From positions 52,638,001-52,702,000 of the forward strand of contig NC_043004.1 of assembly GCF_006345805.1 (NCBI RefSeq): a stretch of 64,000 bases of DNA. Reading direction: 5' to 3'. The notes under the pieces are model-generated. The model did not search any database. It worked only from the letters and a program-made list of their open reading frames with translations, and was not told where the DNA came from. Positions 1-11,506 of this stretch are shown here, piece after piece. The DNA comes from Octopus sinensis. Its lineage: Eukaryota. Every line of letters begins with the position of its first letter. Position 1 is the first letter of the stretch. The translations under genes were made by a program, and so were the position numbers.

Positions 1-500
1 AACGCACCTACTTCTTTCAAATTGATATAGCTAAGTATTATCCTTCTATATCAGCTATCCTCTTGAATAAAGCTTTGATCTTTGCCAGAAATTATGCCAA
101 TATTTCCCCATCTTATATAAATATAATATTAGCTGCGGGAAAAAAACTTTGATACATTTGGGGAATAACAACTGGACACGAAGCGCATCTACAGTTTATT
201 CTGACGTAAAAATGTGATCGTCCGATTCGGCCCAGGTTACAAATCTTGTAGGTCTGTTTCTTCTTTCGCAGATTAAAGAGCAATTCCCCAACATACTGTG
301 TCGATTATATAGAGATGATGAACTATTTGCACTCTATGCTCGGTTGAACGAGCAAAAAGAAGCATTGCATAAATTCTGTAAAATTATTAATCTTAATCTC
401 TTTTGAAGCTGATACTAAAGTGGTAATATTTTTAGGTCTTAATCTTAATCTGCAAACAAGTTTATATTGAACCTATCATAAACCTAATCAATCGTTGCAG

Positions 501-571
<71 letters not shown>

Positions 572-760
572 CTTCTCCAATCACCCAAAATTCCCGCTCA
601 ATAGTGTACTTACAGGTATCACAATTAGAATGGAGAAGACAATCTACAGAGAAGTTTAGTCAAAATTTGAACGAACTATACACAAAACTACACTCAATTT
701 TTACAAACTATTTTCAAAAAGAATCATCACCAAAATACAAAATACCAAAGCTATAACGAA
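1..760 (+). pseudogene. Penelope-like element (PLE) reverse transcriptase remnant, interrupted by a (TA)n(TG)n microsatellite at about 500-569
   Basis: Manual translation gives YFFQIDIAKYYPSI (RT motif A-like) and DVKM*SSDSAQVTNLVGLFLLSQIKEQFPNILCRLYRDDEL (PLE consensus-like DVTMGSFDGAEVCELVGL...GLYRDDGL). It continues EADTKVVIFLGLNLNLQTSLY*TYHKPNQSLQY, then SNHP after the microsatellite. Stops and frameshifts are present. Confidence 0.8.
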
Positions 761-869
761 AATATACCAATGTAAGCACACTAAATTAAAGACTGCATTA
801 GCCATATTTGTTCCAAAAGCTTCAACCCTAGAAAATTTTCATTTGGGAACATGATAAAAAAATAACATT

Positions 870-1200
870 AATATATGAAAACAGGATGAACTCAAAACCA
901 TTAATTCTGCCACGCAAACTACAAATGAAATCAATCCCAAAAGAGCCTGAAAAGCAAAGACAAATTAGGGAGTAATTAGAGCTAGAGAAAATGAAAATAG
1001 AAATTGAGTTACTTAAATTTCATCAAATAACGAACAAAAATATAAAACCATCGATGAAGAAATGCACACGCAATTCACTAAAAATGCTGATGAACAACAT
1101 TTGGAAAGTGTTAAAAAACTATGGGAAAACAGTTCTGAGTCGGAAGAAATAAATTCCCTTCAACGGTAGGAAAACTGATGATTGTTTCCGTAGTTACGAA
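870..1200 (+). pseudogene. Coding-like remnant, possibly the N-terminal part of a second PLE ORF
   Basis: IYENRMNSKPLILPRKLQMKSIPKEPEKQRQIRE*LELEKMKIEIELLK reads like decayed TE protein next to the PLE RT. The family assignment is from recollection only. Confidence 0.3.
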
Positions 1201-2225
1201 ACTCAGTTTAAAAGAGACCACAATTCAGATAAACCCGTCCTGAAAAAATGTAGAGTAATTGCATCTTCAGAAATGAATAAACATCCTACTATATCAAACT
1301 ATAAATATTTCAAAGAACGAAACCGCACAAAACTAACTTCACACTTGGACGTAAACTGTTCTCAATCTAGGAATAGGGGAAATTTACAAATAAAAAATAC
1401 TAGAAGAAACCAAACTAGGATTACTATGTATAGGTTCTACGGGAAATTATATAAAAAGAAAGATTACTAATGATTAAAACAACTTTAGGGGTAGACAAAA
1501 GAGGCTAGCACCAATACAAGTAAGCTAAATTGGTCTATTCGATTGACAACAAATGATGTGGACTTTGCATCGAAGACATTTACCAGATTGTTACGCCAAA
1601 ATGCAAATTGATCAACATTCAATAAATTTGAATACATATGGTTAAAACAAACACTGTGTAAATAACAACTATGTACCGTACATCTATGCTGTAAATTAAG
1701 TAGCCTAAATATATATGCATGAAACTAACCTATCAAATAATGTATTTGAATGAATGATGGTATTTACTAGTAATTCATATAAATTTTACAAAATCTAAGT
1801 AAATAATAGTGTTAACCTAACTAAATAAACAAAAGTAAAGTTTAGGTACATAGCTAGAGTAATTTTATCCATAATAAGGGCATACAATTATGTTATGGTC
1901 ATGCTGAATTAGATAAATAGTAGGTACAAGCTTGTAATCCTAAATAGTCAGTACTTTTGGTCAAATGAGTGGCATTAGGGCGTAGTGCAATATGTTGTGG
2001 ACATACAGAATTCAAGGAAAAGTAGTGGCAGGCTTGCATACAGTTAATCAGTACTATCACATGAGTGGAATGTTCTAGTCCTTCTGAACTATGCCTATTC
2101 TTTGTTCAGTAACTTTTAGAAAATCGACTATTAAGTGTTTTTAGAAAATAATTCAAGACGCTCATGCTACAATACAATCGGAAGAAACTGACAATAAGTT
2201 ATGATGTGAAATATATCAGTCAATT

Positions 2226-2310
2226 GTACCTTGAAGAAGATTTTTGCTTTTTTTCATCTTACACTTTAAAATATGAATGACAGCAATCAACCGAAACGCA
2301 GCGTAGGCAT
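2226..2310 (+). ncRNA. Degenerate Type I hammerhead-like motif
   Basis: gtacc-TTGAAGA...cc-GAAAC-gcagc-GTA-ggcat. C3 is changed to T, stem I has one mismatch and stem II is poor. Confidence 0.3.
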
Positions 2311-2345
2311 GACTGGACTACGATAATAAATTGATATACTATGTA

Positions 2346-3637
2346 TGAGGGGCGTTCAATAAGTAATGCCCCTGACCCACTTCCCATAGCAGTAGAGCAA
2401 CGAAACTTGGCACAGTTATTAGTCTTTTTCTACATAGGAAACACCCAGAGTTACGCATTTCTCCCATCGTTTGATGCAGCTCTGAAGACCGTTTTTGTAG
2501 AAGAACCCAGCTTGATCCTCCAACCACGACGTGACTTCAGAAATCAAGGCTGCATCATCTGGGAAACGCTTTCCTTTCAAAAACAACTTCATGGCTGGGA
2601 AGAGGTGAAAATCAGAGGGTGCAAGGTCAGGAGAGTAGGGGGGATGGGGGAGGAGTTCATAGCCGCACGCCTGTGCTTCTGATCTGGCGACACGCGAGCT
2701 GTGGACCGGAGCGTTGTCCTGCAGGAGGAGGATGCCTTTGCTGATCTTGCCCCGCTTCTTGATTTTGATAACTTCTCTTAATTTCCTCAAAAGTGAAGCA
2801 TAATAGGCTCCTGTAATTGTGGTATCCTTTGCCAGGAAATCTGTCATCACTACTCCGTCCTGGTCCCAGAAGACTGTGAGCATGACCTTGCCAGCGGAGG
2901 GTTGCACCCTTGCCTTCTTTGGAGGAGGTGAGTCACGGTGCTTCCACTGCATTGGCTGGGCTTTGGCCTCTGGATCATAGTGATGGACGCAGGTTTTATC
3001 CTGTGTAATCAGTCTTTTGAAAACTTTTGACTCATCTTCTTGGCACATCTCCAAATTCATAGTCGAGCACTCGACGCGTTCTTGCTTCTGGAAAGGTGTG
3101 AGCAACCTGGGAATCCATCTGGCAGACACCTTTTGCATATGCAAATGGTCATGAATGATAGTTTCCACAGACCCGGTACTAATCTTGACCTCATGGGCTA
3201 TTTGGCGAATAGTTATGCGTCGATCTTCCAAAATGGCAGCCTCAACTTGACGGACAGAAGGCTCATCAATGGCAGAAGGGGGCGACCAGATCTGGGAGCT
3301 GTTTCCACAGAGTTCCGACCATGTTTGAATTCACGATGCCAGCGTTTTACAAGGTCATATGATGGGGCATCATCACCATAAGTTACTTTCATTTCATCAA
3401 AAGTCTCCCGTGGTGTGCGTCCTTTCAAATACAAAAACCGGATCACTGCTCGACACTCAACAGACTCCATTTCACACTTGACTCAGTTCAAACACCTGTA
3501 AATCAGAAACCACAATTAGTTCAGAGCTGTAATTTGTCACATACTCTATAGAGATATAAATAATTGCACATGCAAACTTTCAGCTAGATCAAACAAGTGC
3601 AAGTGGGTCAGAGGCATTACTTATTGAACGCCCCTCG
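2346..3637 (-). mobile_element. Full-length mariner (DD34D, irritans/Himar1-like) DNA transposon, 1292 bp
   Basis: 37-bp TIRs at 2346-2382 (tgaggggcgttcaataagtaatgcccctgacccactt) and 3601-3637 differ at 2 positions. TA is present on both sides (2344-45, 3638-39). A transposase lies inside. Confidence 0.95.
2419..3470 (-). pseudogene. Mariner transposase with a single -1 frameshift near 3278-3283
   Basis: ORF 3213-3470 gives MESVECRAVIRFLYLKG...RSGRP (HTH). ORF 2419-3231 gives WIPRLL, ITQDKTC, LLQDNAPVH and YSPDLAPSDFHLF, ending YVEKD. There are 34 residues between the 2nd and 3rd Asp. Adding one base in the C-run restores GRPPSAIDEPSVRQVEAAILEDRR. Confidence 0.93.
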
Positions 3638-3720
3638 TATGTATTCACCGTTTGCTTTGAAATTTTTAACTCTCTTCTCCGATATATGTATGTATGTATG
3701 TATGTATGTATATGTGTATG

Positions 3721-3869
<149 letters not shown>

Positions 3870-3944
3870 CACCTATATACAAAATTAAGCGGAATGACGA
3901 CTAAAGTGGATATCTAATATGCTAAACATAAACGTCAAATCGCT

Positions 3945-4138
3945 ATTACAACGAAGAGTGTGTGTTCCCAAGAAAAATCTCAGCAAAACGCCAAAATGAA
4001 AAAAATGAGCAAGACAAATGAAAATGTACGAAATAAAAAACGTTTTTTATTTCGTATAATTTCATTTTCTTGCTCATTTTTACATTTTGGCGTTTTGCTG
4101 AGATTTTTCTTGAGAAGACACACACACTTCGTGGTAAT
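3945..4138. repeat. Imperfect fold-back (about 95-bp arms, centre 4041-4042) of dispersed repeat family X
   Basis: attacaacgaag...aaataaaaaac|gttttttattt...cttcgtggtaat. The left arm plus 3885-3945 is homologous to 15305-15472 (minus) and 57366-57460. Confidence 0.85.
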
Positions 4139-4400
4139 CGCTGATATAATAAATCAAATAGAAGCATATTATGCTAAAACGCTGTAATCGGGCATCAAAC
4201 ATTCAAGAAAATTGCGAGAGCATTTTCAGTCCATTAGGTATTTCTAAGAATCGAGTATAATGTCTTCAACAGACAAAGAGTGAAGCTGTCGCATAGTACA
4301 TCACATAACATGGAATATTACATTCTTAAATTGAGGAAGTAATTGATAATGCCAATAATATTTTTGCTTGTAATATTAATATAAGTCACACAGAGACAAG

Positions 4401-4790
4401 CCGGCGAGCCGGCAGAAAGTTTAACACGCCGGGCGAAATGCGGTATTTCGTCTGCTGCTACGCTCTGAATTCAAATTCTGCCGACGTCGACTTTGCCTTT
4501 CATTCTTTCGGGGTCGATTAAATAAGTACCAGTTACGTACTAGGGTCGATATAATCGACTTAATCCGTTTGTCTGTCCTTGTTTGTCCTCTCTGTGTTTA
4601 GCCCCTTGTGGGTAGTAAAGAAATAGGTATTTCGTCTCTTTTTACCTTCTGAGTTCAAATACCGCTGATGTCTTATTTTGTCTTTCATTTTTCGGGATCG
4701 ATAAATTAAATACCAGTTGCCTACTGGGGTCGAACAAATCGACTAGCCCTCCCTTCCCTAATTTTGGGCCTTGTACCTAGTGTAGAAAGT
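4401..4790 (+). mobile_element. tRNA-derived SINE family A (dimer-like: full unit plus second partial head/tail)
   Basis: Head ccggcgagccggcagaaag has an A-box-like segment and B-box gaattcaaattc. Body ggggtcgattaaataagtaccagtt is shared with 30453-30795 and 39325-39554. It resembles octopus tRNA-derived SINEs. Confidence 0.8.
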
Positions 4791-4859
4791 AATATATTTC
4801 ACACAAATAATTATAATAATAACGGTTTCAAATGTTGCCGCAGGGATAGCAATTCTGGA

Positions 4860-4962
4860 AGAGGGGATGAATCGATTACATTGACTCCAATGTTCAACTG
4901 GTACTAATCTTATCGACTCCGAAAGGATGAAATCTTGGCGGAATTTCAATTCGGAATGTAGC
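4860..4962 (-). mobile_element. SINE family A fragment
   Basis: Reverse complement of the family A body (ctggtact..ttatcgac.ccgaaagg...ggcggaatt). Confidence 0.6.
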
Positions 4963-6982
4963 AAGGTGTGTGTGTGTGTGGTTATGTATATGTGTTTGGA
5001 CTCGAAAGCTCTGAAACAGTGAGTTCAAAGAACATCAAATTTGATTTTCGAAGTCTGCGGCCCATCGAGAATATCTTAATAATAATAATAAAAGAATATA
5101 ATTTACTACTCTAAATAATTCGTTTGTAGGATCGACAATTCTTCCGTGCTCTATCTGCTGCCACTTTATCCCGCTTTTTCTTTCTATATGTATTAACTCA
5201 CCGGCATCGCATCGATTTTATTTAAAATCTTGTGTTGTAATGTTTACTTTCCTTTTATAACAGTTATTACGCGGGAATCCTATTTACTGATTGGGTAAAA
5301 ATTATTAAAATTTTAAAACTCTCTTAAGCTTTTATAAAATCAATCTAGAATAAATGAATCATAAACAAAGATGCAACGTAAAAAAAGAGCACCTGTATAC
5401 CAAATTCGAAAATATTCACATATTTTAAAGTATCCCTATATCTTTTTCGTCTTTCACTTTTTTCTGGGTACACATATCCCACTCTATATACATTTGTACC
5501 ACGCACTCCATCACGCACTATAAAAGTATATCTCCCATGTTGTGTTTGTGTATGTTTGTCATTGTGTGTATATGCATGTGTGTAAGGAATTTTATATTGA
5601 CAGGGTGATTTAAAAAAGTTGTGTAAACATTAATTTAAAAAAATTATGTAAACATTAATTTTAAAAGATTATGTAACCTTTAATTTATTTTTCATAGCGT
5701 ACTTTGGTGTTTGAAAATATGCTTTTCGTAACACACTTCCACCCCAAAATATGGTTACAAACCTAAATTATAAATATGTTATTGCTTAAATCAATGGAAA
5801 ACTCAATCATCATTCCATAAAATATGTTTACAGGCTGAAAATATGGAAAAACATCAATGCATGTCAGATTGACAAAGAAGTCAGGAAGGTATCAGGTGGT
5901 TGTGGGATGTGCTAGAAACAAAGCTAAATCTCCTGAAATCACATACTATTTCGCCTGAAAATTATTTTAAAATTATATACAGAAAAAAAAATCTGCAGAC
6001 CGGTCTGCAGTATCATATGTTTTCAATTAATTATTTTAAAATGTTACTATTACCACAATGGCGTTTCTCATTGGTTTTAAGTACGTAGTGCAGAAAAAAA
6101 GGGCAAAATCCGTCCTAGGAGACGGGGATTCATAAATTATTTTAAAAAATTAATAAAACACTTCCCCCATTATTTGCAGGAGTGACATGTGCTACTCCGA
6201 AAGACCGCCAAAGCACTCTACTGTGAAAATCACCCGGCGACGACGTAAGTGACACTCAGCTAGTATTATACAATTATACACACACACGTATATATGTGTA
6301 TGTGTGTGCATGTATATGTATAATTAGTGTGTTTCTTTTTTCATAATCATTTTTCAAATATGTGAAGATTCTTTTAGCAAAACATAAACCTATTTTGACA
6401 CATCGAGATATTTTTCTTATTTCATTATTTGCAATGACAGTCATGTGTGTTTGTTACAATGATTTTACCCATTTAAAAAAAATCGTTTGTTCAATTCCTC
6501 AATTGACCTCTTTGAAAACTAATATATCAGAAAACAAACAAAATAATAATCCCCACATTCTATAACCGCAGACACCAAATACGGCATCACAAATGCGTGT
6601 CAAAATTCTGAAAGCTTGATTATAATCAGTAACGACAAGAGCGGAAATAATATCAATAACGTTTTATATCGTGAACAAGAACAACAGCAATACATAAGAA
6701 AACATTACCATTAAAAGCGACAACATTTATACAGGAAAGAAGAACGGAAACTGTGGAATAAATTCAGTTTTATAAATGCTGTTTTTCTTGTTCATATCGG
6801 AACAATTGTCACAGAGTACAAAATAAGATTATTTTTCTGTATGGAAATGAGTATATACTTAACTAATCACAAAAACATACATGCATATATATCTGTGTGT
6901 GAAGGGAGTGTGTTTGTGCGTGTATATATATATATATCAGCAGATAGACAGACTTGCAAGTAGATATATGCATATATTTCTA

Positions 6983-7089
<107 letters not shown>

Positions 7090-7359
7090 CAACAATTGAG
7101 GGTAAAATTAATTAATTAATTAATCAATTTCACCAAGTATTCAGTATGCAAAGGGACCATTTAAGGCAAATTCAAATTATTACATTATATAAAAGGGCTT
7201 AGTAAAATAAATTACTTTGCCGCATACTGAACTCGTTAGAAATAGCAGCTAAAAGAACTATTTCTAACACTTAAAGAAAACCTCTCTCATATAGTGCTTG
7301 CTCAATTCAACCCAAGAAAGTATGAGGGTAGAGACATTAAAAAATCAAATGCAAAGGTT

Positions 7360-7419
7360 ATTTGAGTACGTACGTTTCAAGATTAGCCAAATTCGACCCT
7401 TCTCTCATCAGCTCAGAAT
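7360..7419 (-). ncRNA. Type I hammerhead ribozyme (minimal, palindromic stem III), copy 1
   Basis: Minus strand reads attctgag-CTGATGA-gaga[...]tctt-GAAAC-gtac-GTA|ctcaaat. The core is intact, stem I is tgag/ctca, stem II is gaga/tctt. Predicted cleavage is between 7367 and 7366. Confidence 0.85.
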
Positions 7420-7911
7420 GCCCTTGTTTGAGTTTGAAAACACTGAAAATGGGAGCATACCCTTTCGGCTTGTTATCGCTTCTGAAGATCTGTTCCCAAC
7501 TAACAGTGCTAGCTAACTCAAATATGCAAGAGAAAGATTTCTGTTCTCCCCTTTCCACCAGCGTGGGTTAAAATCAGCAAACACTACGCTTTTTTTCGGT
7601 AAAATCCAAGACAATTAAGTAGAGAGAGATGAATTATAATTTCAACAATTGAGGGTAAAATTAATTAATTAATTAATCAATTTCACCAAGTATTCAGTAT
7701 GCAAAGGGACCATTAAGGCAAATTCAAATTATTACATTATATAAAAGGGCTTAGTAAAATAAATTACTTTGCCGCATACTGAACTCGTTAGAAATAGCAG
7801 CTAAAAGAACTATTTCTAACACTTAAAGAAAACCTCTCTCATATAGTGCTTGCTCAATTCAACCCAAGAAAGTATGAGGGTAGAGACATTAAAAAATCAA
7901 ATGCAAAGGTT

Positions 7912-7971
7912 ATTTGAGTACGTACGTTTCAAGATTAGCCAAATTCGACCCTTCTCTCATCAGCTCAGAAT
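7912..7971 (-). ncRNA. Type I hammerhead ribozyme, copy 2
   Basis: Identical motif 552 nt from copy 1. Predicted cleavage is between 7919 and 7918. Confidence 0.85.
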
Positions 7972-8300
7972 GCCCTTGTTTGAGTTTGAAAACACTGAAA
8001 ATGGGAGCATACCCTTTCGGCTTGTTATCGCTTCTGAAGATCTGTTCCCAACTAACAGTGCTAGCTAACTCAAATATGCAAGAGAAAGATTTCTGTTCTC
8101 CCCTTTCCCCTTGGATTTTACCGAAAAAAAGCGTAGTGTTTGCTGATTTTAACCCACGCTGGTGGAAAGGGGAGAACAGAAATCTTTCTCTTGCATATTT
8201 GAGTTAGCTAGCACTGTTAGTTGGGAACAGATCTTCAGAAGCGATAACAAGCCGAAAGGGTATGCTCCCATTTTCAGTGTTTTCAAACTCAAACAAGGGC

Positions 8301-8359
8301 ATTCTGAGCTGATGAGAGAAGGGTCGAATTGGCTAATCTTGAAACGTACGTACTCAAAT
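8301..8359 (+). ncRNA. Type I hammerhead ribozyme, copy 3 (in the inverted segment)
   Basis: attctgag CTGATGA (8309-8315) gagaagggtcgaattggctaatctt GAAAC (8341-45) gtac GTA (8350-52) ctcaaat. Confidence 0.85.
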
Positions 8360-8541
8360 AACCTTTGCATTTGATTTTTTAATGTCTCTACCCTCATACT
8401 TTCTTGGGTTGAATTGAGCAAGCACTATATGAGAGAGGTTTTCTTTAAGTGTTAGAAATAGTTCTTTTAGCTGCTATTTCTAACGAGTTCAGTATGCGGC
8501 AAAGTAATTTATTTTACTAAGCCCTTTTATATAATATATAT

Positions 8542-8609
<68 letters not shown>

Positions 8610-8653
8610 ATTGAAGAAATGGAGCTGAACGCAGATTGAACAGAAATCGTTTT

Positions 8654-8744
8654 ATTTCATTCTACACGTGTTTCGAAAGGCACAATTTACCAAAATCCGA
8701 TTGAATAATGGGACCATATTGTGTCTTTCTCTTCAGGAAGAAAT
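8654..8744 (-). ncRNA. Type I hammerhead ribozyme, left arm of the palindrome
   Basis: Mirror image of the 8851-8941 motif. Confidence 0.8.
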
Positions 8745-8850
8745 AGGAAATCCGTTGGAAAAAACAAAAACAGAACAGAGGCAGAGCAAAACAAATCGAA
8801 CTGTTTTGCTCCGCCTCTGTTCTGTTTTTGTTTTTTCCAACGGATTTCCT

Positions 8851-8941
8851 ATTTCTTCCTGAAGAGAAAGACACAATATGGTCCCATTATTCAATCGGAT
8901 TTTGGTAAATTGTGCCTTTCGAAACACGTGTAGAATGAAAT
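8851..8941 (+). ncRNA. Type I hammerhead ribozyme, right arm of the palindrome
   Basis: atttcttc-CTGAAGA (8859-65)-gaaag acacaat...attgtgc ctttc-GAAAC (8921-25)-acgt-GTA (8930-32)|gaatgaaat. Stem II gaaag/ctttc is perfect, stem I has one bulge, and AATAAA follows at about 8939. Confidence 0.82.
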
Positions 8942-9148
8942 AAAACGATTTCTGTTCAATCTGCGTTCAGCTCCATTTCTTCAATTCACCAATAATATTT
9001 TAATTTCAATTATCCGCACCAACGCACGGGTGCAACACCATGTGGTTGTACCTCCAACCGTGCTGTTTACTGCTGTGATTTTTGCTACCAAGGTATCGGT
9101 TAAACTTTTGATTAATCTACTACAAGATTATTCATCTTTCTATTTCAC

Positions 9149-9214
<66 letters not shown>

Positions 9215-9218
<4 letters not shown>

Positions 9219-9547
9219 TCTTTTACTTGTTCTAGTCATCTGAATACGGACATGCTGGAGCACTGACTTTAGTCGAACAATCGACACAAGTTACAGGGAC
9301 TAAGTTACGGGGACGTAAAAACAGCAGTATCGGTTGTTAAGCGATGGTGGTGGGACAACCAGATACAAATTTATATATATATATGTACACACACACACAC
9401 ACACGCACAGCTTGTTTCATTTTCTGTCTACAAAATCTACTCACAAGGTTTTGGCTGACCCGAGGGTATATTAGAAGGTGCCACGGAGTGGGACTGAACT
9501 CGGAGCCATGTGGTTGGGAAGTAAGCTCCTTACCACATAGCCACGCC

Positions 9548-9552
<5 letters not shown>
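9215..9552 (-). mobile_element. tRNA-derived SINE family B (degenerate)
   Basis: Reverse complement of the 25480-25930 head (gcacaggcgtggctatgtggtaag...) and tail (catgctggagcac). Confidence 0.7.
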
Positions 9553-9633
<81 letters not shown>

Positions 9634-10013
9634 TGTGTGTATGTATGTATGAGTTAGAGGGTTAAGCAACCATGTAATGGATAGTAAGTATCCTATATAC
9701 TACTGGATGTATACCTACGTACTTATGTCCAAGTGCTTACTATTGCAGGGCAGTGTCGCAATTGAATACTAGGTATTAGTGGAGGTAAAACAGAAATTTA
9801 TCCAGAATTTATAAGGCAAATAAGAAAATGGAGATGATATTCAATCGACAGACATCAGCGTGTAAACATTCATTTAGATCAATTTATTAATTGATTACAA
9901 TCATCTGTATAAGTAATCAAAATAAACAAATGCAAAATGCAAATACACAATGAAATAAATAGCTAAGTAAAAATAAATAAATGAATAAGAATAAATGATT
10001 GAAAATACTAAAT

Positions 10014-10156
10014 TCTTACAGCTGTTTTTCTACTATGGCGTTACTCAATCGGCCCAGTTTTCCACAACGTGCCAGTAGTATACATGGATTTTGAAAGGTT
10101 GAACAAACGTTAGGCAGAGGTTAGACAATGATTGAGCCCCAAAGCTTCATCAGAGA
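10014..10156 (-). ncRNA. Degenerate Type I hammerhead-like motif (AGCT stem III family)
   Basis: Minus strand reads tct-CTGATGA-agc...tagaaaAAAC-agct-GTA-aga. GAAA is expanded to GAAAAA and stem II is unclear. Confidence 0.45.
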
Positions 10157-11010
10157 CCATAATATTAGGTATCTAATATGTGAGGACGTAAGGTAAAATA
10201 ATAAAATAAAATAAAAACATAATAGAAATAGTAAGGAATGGTAAAGATGTCAATTTTAAGATGATATCCATAAGCTATGGGATTACATCTTATGGTAAAG
10301 AAAGTCACTTCCAGGAGTAATTACCAGAGATTATGAGAGTTACAACCTATTTCAGTTTTACTGGGGGAAGTAGCAAGTGGAAGACGTTGTTGATAGAGTT
10401 TAATGGGACGGTCCATATCACAAGGGTTAATAGTTAGAGGCTAACTGTTATGTAATAGAGTATCATTAAAAGAATTGGCAAAATTAACTTAATGTGAACT
10501 TGTTTGGGGAAATCAATACAAAACTATATCAATGAAAGAATAATTTGGGTAAAACCTTAGTGCGATATCATTACTTGTTAGTTATTAACAAAATCACATC
10601 CTAATACACCTATGAAAATTAGGGCGAAGCCAAAGGTAATCCTACATCTTAATTGGTCCGCTAATATTTGAAAACAATAGCGTTGTTCAGATGTGTTAAA
10701 TCTATCAATAAAATACAAGACAAAGGAAAACAAAAAAATTAAAATATTTAAGGAAGGAATTGTCTAGGGGGCCTCACCCTAATGAATAGGCTATGAATAG
10801 TACGTATGGTAATGGATATAGTATTTTTAATGAATATATCTGTGTTTGTGTGTATGTATGTATGTGCGTGTGTGTATAAAATTTAGAGAAAATCCTCTAT
10901 TAAATAATTCGATAGTGAAAGACGTTATTCCCACCATATAGAAAAAGTTTATTATACTATAGAAAACATTATTCTAGAAATTGATAGAGTACATAAACAA
11001 ATAATAGTAA

Positions 11011-11124
11011 ATAGATTACGCGCATTTCGTGGCTATATTTTCAAATAGATAATAATAAAATCAATTTAATTAAAACTAAATCGATCTAAAATTAATTGTA
11101 CTTAAAAATATCATTCATCAGGTC

Positions 11125-11127
<3 letters not shown>
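11011..11127 (-). ncRNA. Degenerate Type I hammerhead-like motif (GCGC stem III)
   Basis: Minus strand reads atagac-CTGATGA-atg...cac-GAAAT-gcgc-GTA-atctat. Stem I pairs 5/6 and the stem II closing pair is mismatched. Confidence 0.45.
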
Positions 11128-11213
<86 letters not shown>

Positions 11214-11240
11214 TAATAAAAACAATAAAAACAATATAAA
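11128..11240. repeat. (AAT)n microsatellite
   Basis: Direct reading. Confidence 0.95.
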
Positions 11241-11450
11241 TAATGTAATAAATGTACGTATCTTAACTTATAAATTAAGTAATAAATATAGAAAAATACG
11301 TGTTTCAACTAGAATAAATACTAGAATAAAATTTAACAGTATTACTTAGAATAATAACATATCGAAGAAATTTTGTTATATTCCCTACAATTATTGTTAT
11401 AGTATACACACGCACACGCACACACACACACACACAACACACACACACAC

Positions 11451-11506
<56 letters not shown>

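Larger units (their letters stand above)
7090..8535. repeat. 552-bp unit in head-to-tail tandem (7090-7641, 7642-8108) followed by an inverted copy (8110-8535)
   Basis: Identical ORF-track peptides at 7298 and 7850 give a period of 552. Segment 8110-8535 is the reverse complement of about 7185-7610. Only single-base indels were seen between copies. No protein-coding similarity was recognised. Confidence 0.95.
8606..8989. repeat. Near-perfect palindrome, 188-bp arms, 8-nt loop (8794-8801)
   Basis: gtgaattgaagaaatggag...aaaaca-aatcgaac-tgtttt...ctccatttcttcaattcac. One mismatch was seen (gcagagc vs gctccgc). Confidence 0.95.

Noticed and set aside
5993-6010. Perfect 18-bp palindrome ctgcagaccggtctgcag
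   Set aside because: Single short occurrence with no context, compatible with chance in 64 kb.
6225-6265. Helitron-like 3' end (cccggcgacgacg...cagCTAGt), similar at about 41885-41908
   Set aside because: The hairpin is imperfect and no 5' TC end or second copy could be tied to it.
7545-7565. Possible tRNA primer-binding site (minus TGGTGGAAAGGGG) as in LTR-type retrozymes
   Set aside because: Only about 7 nt match a tRNA 3' end, and the TGG is not conserved in the 586 unit (CGGGTGGGAAGGG).
7090-8108. CRISPR array or prokaryotic system interpretation of the tandem and palindromic repeats
   Set aside because: No short repeat-spacer periodicity and no cas or operon-like genes. The context is clearly eukaryotic repetitive DNA.
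7298-8421. Repeated 66-97 aa ORFs in the 552-bp units
   Set aside because: Short, present in several frames, with no recognisable domain. Identity only reflects the DNA duplication.
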